A stretch of DNA of 63,968 nt from Paraspadella gotoi (Eukaryota > Animalia > Chaetognatha). Both the position numbers and the translations under genes were made by a program. Within the stretch, counting starts at the first letter, position 1; every line of letters starts with the position of its first letter. The stretch is from the NCBI GenBank assembly GCA_051294375.1, contig CM119270.1:3157436-3221403 (forward strand). Direction: 5' to 3'. Positions 36,537-48,100 of the stretch are shown here, in pieces. The notes below the pieces were generated by a model. That model worked only from the letters and a program-made list of their open reading frames with translations. It searched no databases and was not told the DNA's origin.

Positions 36537-38961
36537 AGCTACGTAGTAGACACATTTAAATCCGATTCTTTTTAAGATAGAAATCTCAGGAAAACGGCAT
36601 TCTTTTCCTTTTTTCCGTTCTATCTGAATATATGACTTTTTGTTAGACTTTTTAAAATTCTTGGCCCTCCCCAGGAGCGCCAAAGTGCCACGAGCATCAA
36701 AATTCACATATATTCGTAGATTTCTTGAACAAGTTCTATTTAAATTTAATTTTCTAATATAATTAGTTCATTCCTGACTAGAATATTGCATTGCAAGTTA
36801 GTTAATATATTAAAAAAATAGTTTTAGGTGCTTATTATGTTTGAAAACTATTTTTACAAACCGGAAGTTACCAAAAACAGCAAAAAATTAGTTCTAAAGA
36901 TACAAACTAATTTTATCAATTTGCTAGATATGTTATATGTTCTTTTTTATTATTTATTTAAAAGTATAATTTAAATATTTTATTTAATTATTAGATAGTT
37001 TAATTATGCAGACGCACAAGCCTTTTTACCTTAACTTTGACGTTTAAAATGGCTGATGAACTTTCATTGTATTTTATGTCAGATACCCAAATCAATAATA
37101 CCAATATATATTGTTATAATAGAGAAATATAGTGTAAAGACATTACAAAAAAAAATTAAATGTAATTGTTGTTGTAAAAGACTTCATCTTTATTTCAAAC
37201 TCAATTTAAAAACCACAAAAAAAAAAAAATATGCAAGACAAACAACGAAAAAAAAGAGTGAATAAACAAAAAGTCAATCTCTTGAACCCTTGAACCTTCT
37301 CTAAATTGTGGTGGTGGATGATCCCGATCACCACGGTCGCACAATGACTCCCCCGTCTCTACTCGCCGAGGCAGAGGGAGACCTCTGGAAAAGCAATAAG
37401 CAACCAATGCCCTCTAATCACCTGTAGCAACCAAATTTTAAAATCAGCACGGACAGGCCCTGGCCTACCTTATCTGAAAAGAGGGCAACTGGCAGGTATT
37501 TAAAGTCAAATTGAGTCGCACTAGATCTGTTCCTCATCGAAACATTACCTGACCCAGTGACCCACATATAACAGTTTAGTCGGTAAAGAAACTGAGGTTG
37601 ACTTGACCCTCTCATGACCCAATCTTATCGGTACTACCTTTTATTTGTCCACGTAGGGGTGGCTATCTTTATGTTGAGCTCTCTTTATTAATTTTGTCTT
37701 ATTATTTCCCTTCTATCTCTTATCTATTCTTATCTATCCTTTTATTTTTTAATACAAAATTTTTTTGGTATTAAATGAAATTGATTTAGTTAATGTTAGT
37801 TACTATTACAGTTTTTATAATTTTTTCAAGTTAATATTTTCTACATTTATATTTAATAAATAGTTCTATTTTAAACAATTAACTGAACCTAAACATTCTT
37901 TTTCCTTCATTTCCTATTCACTATCTCTCAATCTCAGTATTCCTGATAGTAATATACATCTTGAGATAAAAAAGCTGCCTGTTCCAGAAATCAGGAATCC
38001 AGTATATCAAAAGTGACATATATAGATAGAGCAATAAAAAATGAATCAGAATGGTGGTCACCTATGATTTGTAGCTTTAAAGCTAGTTAAGAAAAATGTG
38101 TTTATTGTCCGTGCTGATTTTAAATGAGGACTTGAGCTTTCCCCTTTATTCGTCTGAAGCTGTCATTTGGCTTGACAACTTCTCTGAGGAGAGTCATAGT
38201 TGCGACAGGTGATTAGAGGGCATTGGTTGCTTATTGCCTTTCCAGAGGTCTCCCTCTGTCTCAGCGAGCGGAGACGGGGGAGTCATTGTGCGGCCGTGGT
38301 GGTTGGGATCATCCACCACCATGATTTAGGGAAGGTTCAAAGGTTCAAGAGATTGACTTTTTTTTTATTCAATTTTTTATTTTTTTTAATGTCTTTACAC
38401 CATATTTCTCTATTATAACAATATATATTGGTATTATTGATTTAGGTATCTGACATAAAATACAATGAAAGTTCATCAGTCATTTTAAACATCAAAGTTA
38501 AAGTAAAAAAGCTTGCGCGTCTGCATAATTAAACTTTTGAAATAAATGATAAAAAGAACATGTAACATATCTAACGAATTTATAAAAGTAGTTCGTAGCT
38601 TTAGAACTAATTTTTTGCTGTTTTTGATAACTTCCGGTTTGTAAAAATAGTTTTTCAACATAATAAGCACCTAAAACTATTTTTTAAATATATTAACTAA
38701 CTTGCAATGCAATATTCTAGTCAGGAATGAACTAATTATATTAGAAAATTAAATTTAAATAGAACTTGTTCAAGAAATCTACGAATATATGTGAATTTGA
38801 TGCTCGTGGCACTTTGGCGCTCCTGGGGAGGGCCAAGAATTTTAAAAAAGTCTAACAAAAGTCATATATTCAGATAGAACGGAAAAAAAGGAAAAGAATG
38901 CCGTTTTCCTGAGATTTCTATCTTAAAAAGAATCGGATTTAAATGTGTCTACTACGTAGCT
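36537..38961. mobile_element. Foldback-type non-autonomous DNA element with ~0.8-0.9 kb inverted arms
   Basis: 36537-~37430 is the reverse complement of ~38200-38961 (termini agctacgtagtagacac / gtgtctactacgtagct); non-coding spacer; possible TA or AGCT target duplication. Confidence 0.85.
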
Positions 38962-39438
38962 GAGTCAGACTACCAAGTTTGCCGTCTCGGCCGAGAGACG
39001 GGTAACGTTATAACATCTGTCATCTCTTCATTCGTAAAACGGCTTGTGGTGAAAAAATAAACTAAAGCGTGATTAAATGTAAAAAATTATACAAACTTGA
39101 TTCCAAAAAGAGGTGATTTAGTTATTGCATTACGGCAACACCCTTCATGAAAAATTTATAAAAAGTCAAAATAAACAAAAATGTGAGTTCAAATTTCTCT
39201 CGAAAATCGAAACATTTCCAAGCTGCCAAGTCCAGAGGGAATTCTTTAGCGAACATGAAAGCAAAATTGTTTCTTATATATAATTATGATTTTAGAAGAA
39301 CTTTGGAGTTTTAAAAAAAGTTTTCGGGATCTTTTGTAAAAGAAGAAACGTGACATGAATTACATTTACAACTACATATAATACGTAAATAAAAAGCATT
39401 CGTAAGTTAAATGTAAAATGGAAAAAAATATTTAAAAT

Positions 39439-42400
39439 TCACAAGAGAGAAGAAGAAGAAGAAAGCGCGGCGAAGACGGACGACGAAGCTGACGAACCAC
39501 TGGAGAGATTGTAGGACTGCCCTTGCAAGACCGGACTAGCTTGCCCGTGGGAATCCGGTCCGCCGCCGCCACCGCCGCCACCCAGATGATGTCCGTTGGA
39601 AGCGCTGTTGAGCAACGGGTGGGCAAGAAACGGCGATGGGACCGCCCTAGCACCGCCCGGCGGAACGTTGAGTCCCGGCGCCAAGTGGTGAGCCAGATGC
39701 GACGCCGCGGCGGCGGCCATGTTGAGAGCGACGCCGGGATTGACGGCGCCGGGCGATGGGGATGCTGAGCCGGCGGAATGTAGCGGGTGATTGACCCCGA
39801 CCAAGTTGGAGACGTTGTCCGAGTGGAAGTTGGAAGGAGAGAGAAGATGAGAGGGGTGGTGATGGTGGCTCGTCGAGTGATGGTGGTGAGAGTGATGATG
39901 AGGATGATGATGATGGTGATGATGATGCGCCTGATGGTGATTGTGGGCGTGGTGAGGTCCCGAGAGTGTCGAGAGGTGAAGATAACCGTTGGCGATGTTC
40001 GAAGACGACGACGATGGCGGAACGGAAGTGGACGACGCGGGTCTCGACGACGACGTAGAAGCGATTGGATGCGACGACGGCGACGCCGACGACGACGACG
40101 GGGGCGGCGCCGTCGAAGGCGAAATAGAAGACGGCGACAGATCGGGAAAGAGCTCTTTCTCCGCGGCGCGGAATAGCACGTCGTCCAGAATCTTGGGTTT
40201 GGTCGCCGAAGAATCGCCTTCCCGACGTCGACACTCGGCCATGGCGTTGGCGGCGCTGGCGGCCACGGCGGCTGCGGCGGCGGCGTCGCCGACCGCCGTG
40301 GAGCTCTTCTCCGGGGAGGCGTAGACGCCGTGGACGCGACGTTCGTGGCGCTGAAGTTGATACTTGAGCGAAAAGGTTTTTTGACAGAGGCAGCACTGAA
40401 AGTTTCTGGCTCGAGCGTGAACCGCCACTTGATGATTGCGCATGTGATGTTTTTGGCTGAAGGCCTTTCCGCATTCCTGAACATGAAAATTGGGAAGGAT
40501 GTGAATTGTGGATGATGGGTTAAACCATTTGCTTCGTCATTATCATTTTTCTATTTATTTATTAGTCATCGTTTACTTTTTTTTTTCATTTAGTCATATT
40601 TATTATTTATTCACGCACTTTCTCCCATGGGCAACTACACGATTCTTGACCCGTGATCCACGACTCACCCCGCAGTGATATTCCTTCTTTAACTCGTGAA
40701 CGGTCCTTTCGTGTCGTGTCATGTGATGCTTTTCCGTGAAACCCTTGCCGCAAATGTTGCACGTGTGCAGCATCTTGGAGACGCTGGCCAACCTGCGTCC
40801 GTCGAGGTCGTCGAGTCCCTCGACGCCGCCCGTCGGTGATTTGATCAAAGCGAGTCCGTTGGATCCGACACTGACGCCGTCGATGGAGACGACCTTGACC
40901 TCATCGGCGCCTTCGCTCGATCCGGCCTCGTTCCGGATGTCACCGGCCCCCGGATGAAATTGATCCCTGTGCCGTTTGAGGTGATGCTTGTGAACGAAGG
41001 CTTTAGGGCATCGATCGCAGGCGAAGGGTTTCTGTTTGGGTTGAAGCAGAGAGATTTGATGATTGGCCGTCGCGATCTCGTCGGGGCGAAACTCCTGGTT
41101 CGATCGGACAGCGGAGCCCGACGCCGCTCCGCCCGGCGGCATGATGGCCTTCATCTCCACTGGGGGGCCCGCTCCAGTCCCGGGAGGGAAACCGTTGAGT
41201 TGAGAAGTGAGACCGCCGAGTCCGTTGGCGTGATAAGTGACGGCCTGGAGGCCTCGCTTGATGTGGCTGCGCACGTGCTTCTTCCAGTGATCCCCACGAC
41301 TGAAAGTCTTCTCGCAGAATCGGCACGCGTAGGGTCGCTCGCCGGTGTGAACGCGCGTGTGGATCTTGAGCTGGAAGCCGAACACGAAGCCTTTGCCGCA
41401 CTGGAAGATGGAGGGATGGGAAACACTCAAGTTTTTGCGGCAAAAATATTAATTTTATGTACGTACAATTGAAACAGGCTTTGAAATATTAAACCACTTC
41501 ATTGATAGGGAAGCCAGGTACTGGATTGAAAGATTGCAGGGTCCTGCTACATGTATTTGATTATTTTGTAAGAGGGATGAATTCCTTAACCAACCATAGC
41601 CTATCCAAAGTCAGGGAGAAATTATGACGATTCTATCCTTTTATAATTTAATAATTTTTTTTTTAAGCCAGGTTTCTTACTTCATCGCATATGTGAACTT
41701 TTTCTCTCGCTCCAGACGTCGGTTGCTCTTTGTGTCGATTCTCATGTCTTTTCCAAGCATCCCACCGATAAAACGTTTTTTCACACTGACGAAAAAAGAA
41801 AAAAATTAAAAGAAATGTCGTAGGCAATATTAAATGACGAGACGGATTTAACCTGACTACACGAATACGGCCGGTATCCCGTGTGAAGCCGATTGTGAAT
41901 GCGGAGTTTGTCGCCGCGAGTGAAGCCTTTGCCACAAGTCCTGATTTGGGTAAACGAAACCATGGTTTTCATTTTTTCAAACACAGATTATTTGAAAAAG
42001 CACCATAATGCGTTTAATGAAGCTCCAATAGCCAAACACGTTTTCTTTTCGATAAATTGCTAACCCGCAAAAGAATTTCTTTTCTCGTTGTGTCAAAGCG
42101 ACGTAAGGGACGACGGCTTTGGAAGGAGATTCGCCGACTGAATCCGCGACAGAGTTGGCGGGTTCCGAGGGGCAGGCGGGTTCGGCGGGGCGGGAGGAAT
42201 CTTCCGAAGAGAAACTGGGGTTCGTTGGAGTTGTCTGCAAATTTACGAGTTTTTTAAGGTTAATTCGCGTCTTTTTTTCTCAGACTATTTCTATCTTCGC
42301 ATATTTCTTTACAATAATTATCTATCACAACTGTTAACCCCGATGAAGGCTTGAAGAATACAAGCCGAAACATGTCCGTTGTTCTATAAAATTCAAATCT

Positions 42401-42729
42401 TTTTCGCTAAATAATTATCTAATAAAAACGTTACAACATTCTAATTTCGCATTGTAGTCGGGCAATGCCCGACTACAGCATCTACATTTCTCTTCTCCCA
42501 AGACAAAGAATCACAAGAGCAATTGACAACCCAGGATCCCCAATCCTCAACCCACCAAGGGTTTCTCGTCGATCTCTTGAGAGGGAAAGAATACTTGGGC
42601 GGTGCCGTGCTCGTTCTTCAAGTGCTTCGTCAAGTCGGCGATGAGCGGGAAACGCTTTCGACACGTGAAGCAGGTGAACTCTTTGATTTCGTCGTTCTGA
42701 ACGAGCATCGTCGTCGTGATCTCCATCAT
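39439..42729 (-). CDS. C2H2 zinc-finger transcription factor (9 fingers, poly-His/Ala/Ser C-terminus), 6 exons
   Basis: Fingers such as [24 protein letters not shown] and [26 protein letters not shown] are assembled across GT-AG introns; the start codon is uncertain. Confidence 0.88.
41507..41620 (+). repeat. Short interspersed repeat family, copy in zinc-finger gene intron
   Basis: Shared blocks with 29570-29695, 23910-24005 (rc) and 63360-63460 (rc). Confidence 0.7.
42336..42380 (+). ncRNA. Minimal type I hammerhead ribozyme motif (Penelope-like), U4C variant
   Basis: CCGATGA-A-GGCTTG-aagaata-CAAGCC-GAAA-CATG-TC; the insert is flanked by the 12-bp direct repeat aataattatcta (42313-42324, 42410-42421). 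Confidence 0.6.
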
Positions 42730-43218
42730 CTCACCGATTTGAGTGAAACGATGGAGATAAGAGTTATGATGCTTTTTTTTTTTTGCTTCCACGGCTTTGG
42801 CCAAGCGCCGTTTAGAAGCGGTCCCTTTTTTTGGAGGCAACAGACCAAAATTTTCCCGAAAATGAGGCCAGAATTTTGAAGGAAACAAGTCGCTACATCT
42901 GAAGCAATATATTATAACGAAAACGGAATAATAAATGGCAGGAATTTGGCGGGAGGTACAATGTTCATTATGTCGTAAATTATACATATATTTTATAATT
43001 AAATATGTAATAAATCATGTAGAAATCGTTTCTCCCCCCCCACCAAATAATGTTCGACAATAATGCGAAAAGTGAAAATAGAATTTGGCTGCGAATAAAA
43101 TTTAAAAAAAAAATTCGTTCACCAATATTTAACATTCGAAACAGCACAATGACTAAATCTCTACACGTGACATAGAGAAACTCGGTAACAAAAAAAAAAA
43201 AAAAAAAAAAAAAAGGAA

Positions 43219-43447
43219 TCAAGCGGCGTGCTTGCCCTTAACGGTGCTCTTGTCTCCCCTGCAATTGGGGCAGAACCATTTGCCTTTGGGCTTGGTGGAG
43301 AGATTGACGCAAGAAAAGTGAAACCATTCGATCTCGCAATTGTCGTTGTCGCATCCGATCATCTCGCCGAAGGAGACTTGGTCGCAGAGGCAATAGGTGG
43401 GTTCGTCGGGATCGATCGCCGCGCCGATGAACTGCGGCACTTTTTCC

Positions 43448-43479
<32 letters not shown>

Positions 43480-44696
43480 GCCGCCTTTGCTCCGCCTCTT
43501 GTTCTTCTTCATCTTCTTTCTCGGGGGTTTGGAGGGTTCGTTGTCGCCGCGTCCGTCGTCGTCGTCGTAGTCGTCGTCGTTGTTTCTCGTTTCCTTCGAC
43601 GACGTCTTCCTAAGGACGGAAGGATCGTCGTCGTCTTTGCGATTGCGACGCGAGGAGCCGCGTTTGGCGCTGCCGCCGCCCGAGTCCTTCGATCTCTCAC
43701 TTTCTCTATCGAAGTCTTTTCCTCCGCGGTCCGTCTTACCGCCGCTCTTCTCCCCGCCCCCGCCGCTTTTCTCTCCTCCCGTTCCTCCCTTCTCCTCCTT
43801 CGTCCTTCCCTCCTTCTCCTCCCTGCCGCCGACGGAGGTGGATGAGGAAGAGGCAGCCGCAGCCGCTCCAGTCGCGGCAGATCCCTCGCGCTTTCCTCCC
43901 TCCGTCTTTTTGTCGCGATCGCTTTTGGTCACATCCTGTTCCGAGTTTTGTTTTCGAGGCTTCAACGAGGAAGAGGACGAGGAGGCGGCGGGCCCGTCGG
44001 ATCTTTCCTTGGAGTTCTCCTTCGAAGCGCCGCCCGACGACGCCGAGTCTTTCAGCTTCGGAGTTTCGCTGCCGCGTCCGCCGCCGCCGCCGCCGCCGCC
44101 GCCGCGACCGGCGCTGACGAGGTTTTCGAACTCGAGGTCGAGCAGACGGCTGCGATTGTCGATGTGCTCCATGATGGTGGCCACCAGCTGATGGGGGGAA
44201 AGAATAATAATAATTAATTAATGAAATGACAATGCAGGAAGAGGAAGGTGGAATGGAAAGGGGGGGAAGAAAAAAGGAAGGAAAGCGATAAGACATTGAG
44301 TTTATATCTTACAACAGAAGAAATATAACCTGCAACTTTTCATCACCAATCTCTTGTCCTTTGATCAAGGATCTCTGCATGGAATTGATGGCCTTGCGCT
44401 TGGCGGCCACGTCGGAATCTTCCTCTTCGTATCGGAGCTTTGCCGACTCCACATCTCGTAGAATTTCCTAAACGATATGTCCACAAACCAATAAACTACG
44501 TACATACTAAGTTTAATTAGAATCAATTTTGAAGACATCCCTTTCACTTTCAGCTTGCCTGGTATTGAGCGTCCAGCTCGCGAATCTGCGAGATACTGCG
44601 CTGCAGGTCGTCGGGAAGTTCCTCCAAGCAATCGATGTATCTCTCTAAATATTTGGCCGAAACGACGGCTTCCAACGCCCCGTGGTTGAACATCAT
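43219..44696 (-). CDS. ING1: Inhibitor of growth protein (ING1/2-type), 3 exons
   Basis: [43 protein letters not shown] and PHD finger [52 protein letters not shown]. Confidence 0.92.
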
Positions 44697-45123
44697 CCGG
44701 CTCGAGGGTCGAACCGTTTCATTTACAATAGCCCCCCTTTTTGATCAATGCTAGATTATATCAAAAAAAATGATTCGAATATAATAATTAATAATTAAAA
44801 AATAATCAAATATACCATCGCAGGTACGAAACTGAAAAAAAAAAAAAACAAACCAAAAGCTCGAAAAATATGCTACAATTTAAATCCTCAACCAGATTCT
44901 CTAAACTAATTACATACAATAATTAACATTAATTCCCAAATTGGAAGGAAAAAAAATTGAAACTTTGATGCGAATAGTAAGAAATTAAGACGAACGCCTA
45001 TCTTACAACGTCAAGGGTCGGGGGAACTTCCGGTCTTTCGAGCTAGCGTCTGCTATAAATTCATTATTAGTGGTAGGAGGAAGGAATTTCATTCTATTAC
45101 CAATCCTATTACCAATTCTATTA

Positions 45124-48100
45124 TCAATCCTCGTCTCCATTTTGATCGAGCAAATCCCATTTGGAAGCAGGGATCGAGTTCGTCATCAGCATCGGAATTG
45201 TCTCTCGTTTTTTATCCTCGTCCATCCGAGGTCGACCACGATGATGAAGCTCCTCTCTCCTCTCCTCCCTTCCTTCTCTTCCATCTCTCCTCTCCTCCCG
45301 ACTTTCCCTTCCCTCCCTCCTCTCTTCTCTCCTCTCTTCCCGCCGATCCTCCCTTCCTTCTCTCTTTTCTTCTTTGCTTTCCTTCCTTCCCTCCCGCTTG
45401 TCCTCCTTCCTCTCTTTTCTTTCCTCCCTTTTCTCCTCGTTCTTCCTCTCTTCCCTCCTCCGCTGCCTCCTTTCTTCCCTCTCGGTCTCCGATTCTTTCT
45501 CTCCGGTCCGCCCTTCCTCCCTTCGACTCCCGCCCCCCTTCTCCCTCTTCCTCTCGCCCTTCTCCTCCTTTCTCTCTCTCTTGGACTCCCTGTCCTTCTT
45601 CTTGGGCAAAAGACAGTCGTAGCGAATGGCGCCGGTGATGGCGCCGCGATAGCTGATGAAGAGCGCCAGCCTGGGTCCTCGCTCGGCCGTGTGTCGGAGC
45701 TTGAGATAATCCGAGCAGACCATGTCGACGACGACCTTGCGGATAATGAACTGCTCCACGTTGGATCGAAGGGACTCGTCGATCTTTTCCTTCTTGATGC
45801 TGACGTCGTCGAGGAACATCTCCCGTTTGTGGGATCCATCGTGGGTGGGGGCGTCGGGGACCTCGACCTCGAAGCGAAGGACCAGACCCACTTGAGACAC
45901 GTGGCGTCGAAAGATGGTCTCCACCGCCTCGCCCGTCACACGGGAGTCGAGCATCTCCAGCGCCTGCCACTCTTTCCGCTCGCCGACGATGAAGGCGAAG
46001 TCAGTCTTAAGGCGGTTCATGAGTCGAGCCACGCGGCGCTCGAACCCCACGGGATCCTCGAGAGCGTCGGCGAGGGCGTCGTCGCCCTCTTGGTAGCGAA
46101 GGTTGACGACGTTGACACGGACATTTTCCGGATGAATCGGGAATTCGCTTTCGAGAGACGATTTCTGAGAAATGGACGAGAATAATTCATCTTTTTATAA
46201 GCGTGCTGAATAGACCTTGCCATATATGAAAAGTTTTGAAATCAAAAAACGAGTATTGTGTAAAAGGTGCCCATACATCATATGAATTTTTTGAACATTT
46301 TTTTCCAAAAAAAAATTTACAGTAAATGCTGCCAACTTTGAAAAAAATGAAAAAAAATGGTAAAAAATGGACTTTTTGCTAAATATCTATAAAAGCTTTA
46401 TTGCTAGAGGGACGAAACCCAAACTATCTTGTAGAGCAGAAAAAATTGACTATGTTACATACCTCGCTTTATAAATTAAGTTGGTTTTTTACTAAGGAAA
46501 TTTTTTTTAAAAACCTATTGTTTTGGGCAATTTTTTGAATTAAAATTAAAAATGATATTTTTAACAATGTTTGTTAAATATTTTTGTAAAAAAAATTACG
46601 GCGAATTGAATAAAGAAATAATTGCCTTTGTTTTGCTGAAAGAATTTTTTAAAAAGATTATTGTAAAAAAGTTATAATTTTTTTTAAATTTAAAAAAAAT
46701 CACTTTTCTTAATAATTATTTTTATATTAATAGGTTTGAACTAGGCCGAAGGGAAAAAGGAATGCACTTTTCTCAGAGTAAATAAAAAAAATATTAAATT
46801 CTGATTTGACAATGGGTAACTTAATATTTTGTCCACCAGGTCATTAAAGTTTTTTTAAATTTTTATCATTTTATAATGGGATTATGACTTTTAAATAAGG
46901 TAGTTTTTAAATTTTTTTTCTATATTAAAGAAAAAAGAAAAATTGACAAAAGCGATTAAATGATTAAAAATTGATAAAATGAGACAAAAAAAGTAATAAT
47001 TAATGAAAGTTAAGCAACTGAAAGAAGAGTTGCTTGCTGCTTACCATCGAGAAAAAAAGTCATCATCTAGAGTGCCAAGGAAGAAAACTAGTTATTCTAT
47101 TTTTTTCATAAATTACCTTTGTCAAGCTAGTTCTCCAGAACTGAGTTGAATTATAATTTGTGTAAATATATTGCTTAATCAAAGGTTGTAAAAGACTTGG
47201 AAAAATATATTAAGCTTGCTTGATTAATTTAAGAATAGATCCGACTTGTTGATAAATTCATCAACTATAAAAGATATGAAATGAATAAAAATCAAAGATG
47301 AATTAAAAATTATATTTCAAAACTAAATCGACTATTTACAATAGACTTAATTATTAACTATAAATCATGAATAGATAACAAAAAGATAGAATAACTAGTT
47401 TTCTTTCTTTGGCACTCTAGATGATGACTTTTTTTTTCTCGATCGGTAAGCCGCAAGCAACTCTTTCTCTCAGTTGCTGAACTTTCATTAATTTTACTCT
47501 TTTTGTCTCATTTTATCAATTTTTAATCATTTAATCGCTTTTGTCAATTTTTCTTTTTCTTTTATATAGAAAAAAAATTAAAAAAACTACCTCATTTAAA
47601 AGTCATAATCCATTATAAAATGATAAAAATTTAAAAAAACTTTAATGACCTGGTGGACAAAATATTAAAGTTACCCATTGTCGAATCAGAATTTAATATT
47701 TTTTTATTTACTCTGAGAAAAGTGCATTCCCTTTTTCCCTTTCGCCTAGTTCAAACCTATTAAATAAAAATAATTATTAAGAAGTGATTTTTTTTTAATT
47801 TAAAAAAAATTATAACTTTTTAACCGATAATCCTTTTTTAAAAATTCTTTCAGCAAAACAAAGGCAATTATTTCTTTATTCAATTCGCCATAATTTTTTT
47901 TACAAAATATTTCACAACTTTGTTAAAAATATTCATTTTAAAAGTTTTTATCAAAAATTGCCCAAAACAATAGGTTTTAAAAAAATTTTTCTTAGTAAAA
48001 ACTAACTTAATTTATAATGCGAGGTATGTAACATAGTCAATTTTTTCTGCTCTACAAGATAGTTTGGGTTTCGTCCCTCTAGCAATAATGCTTTTAAAGA

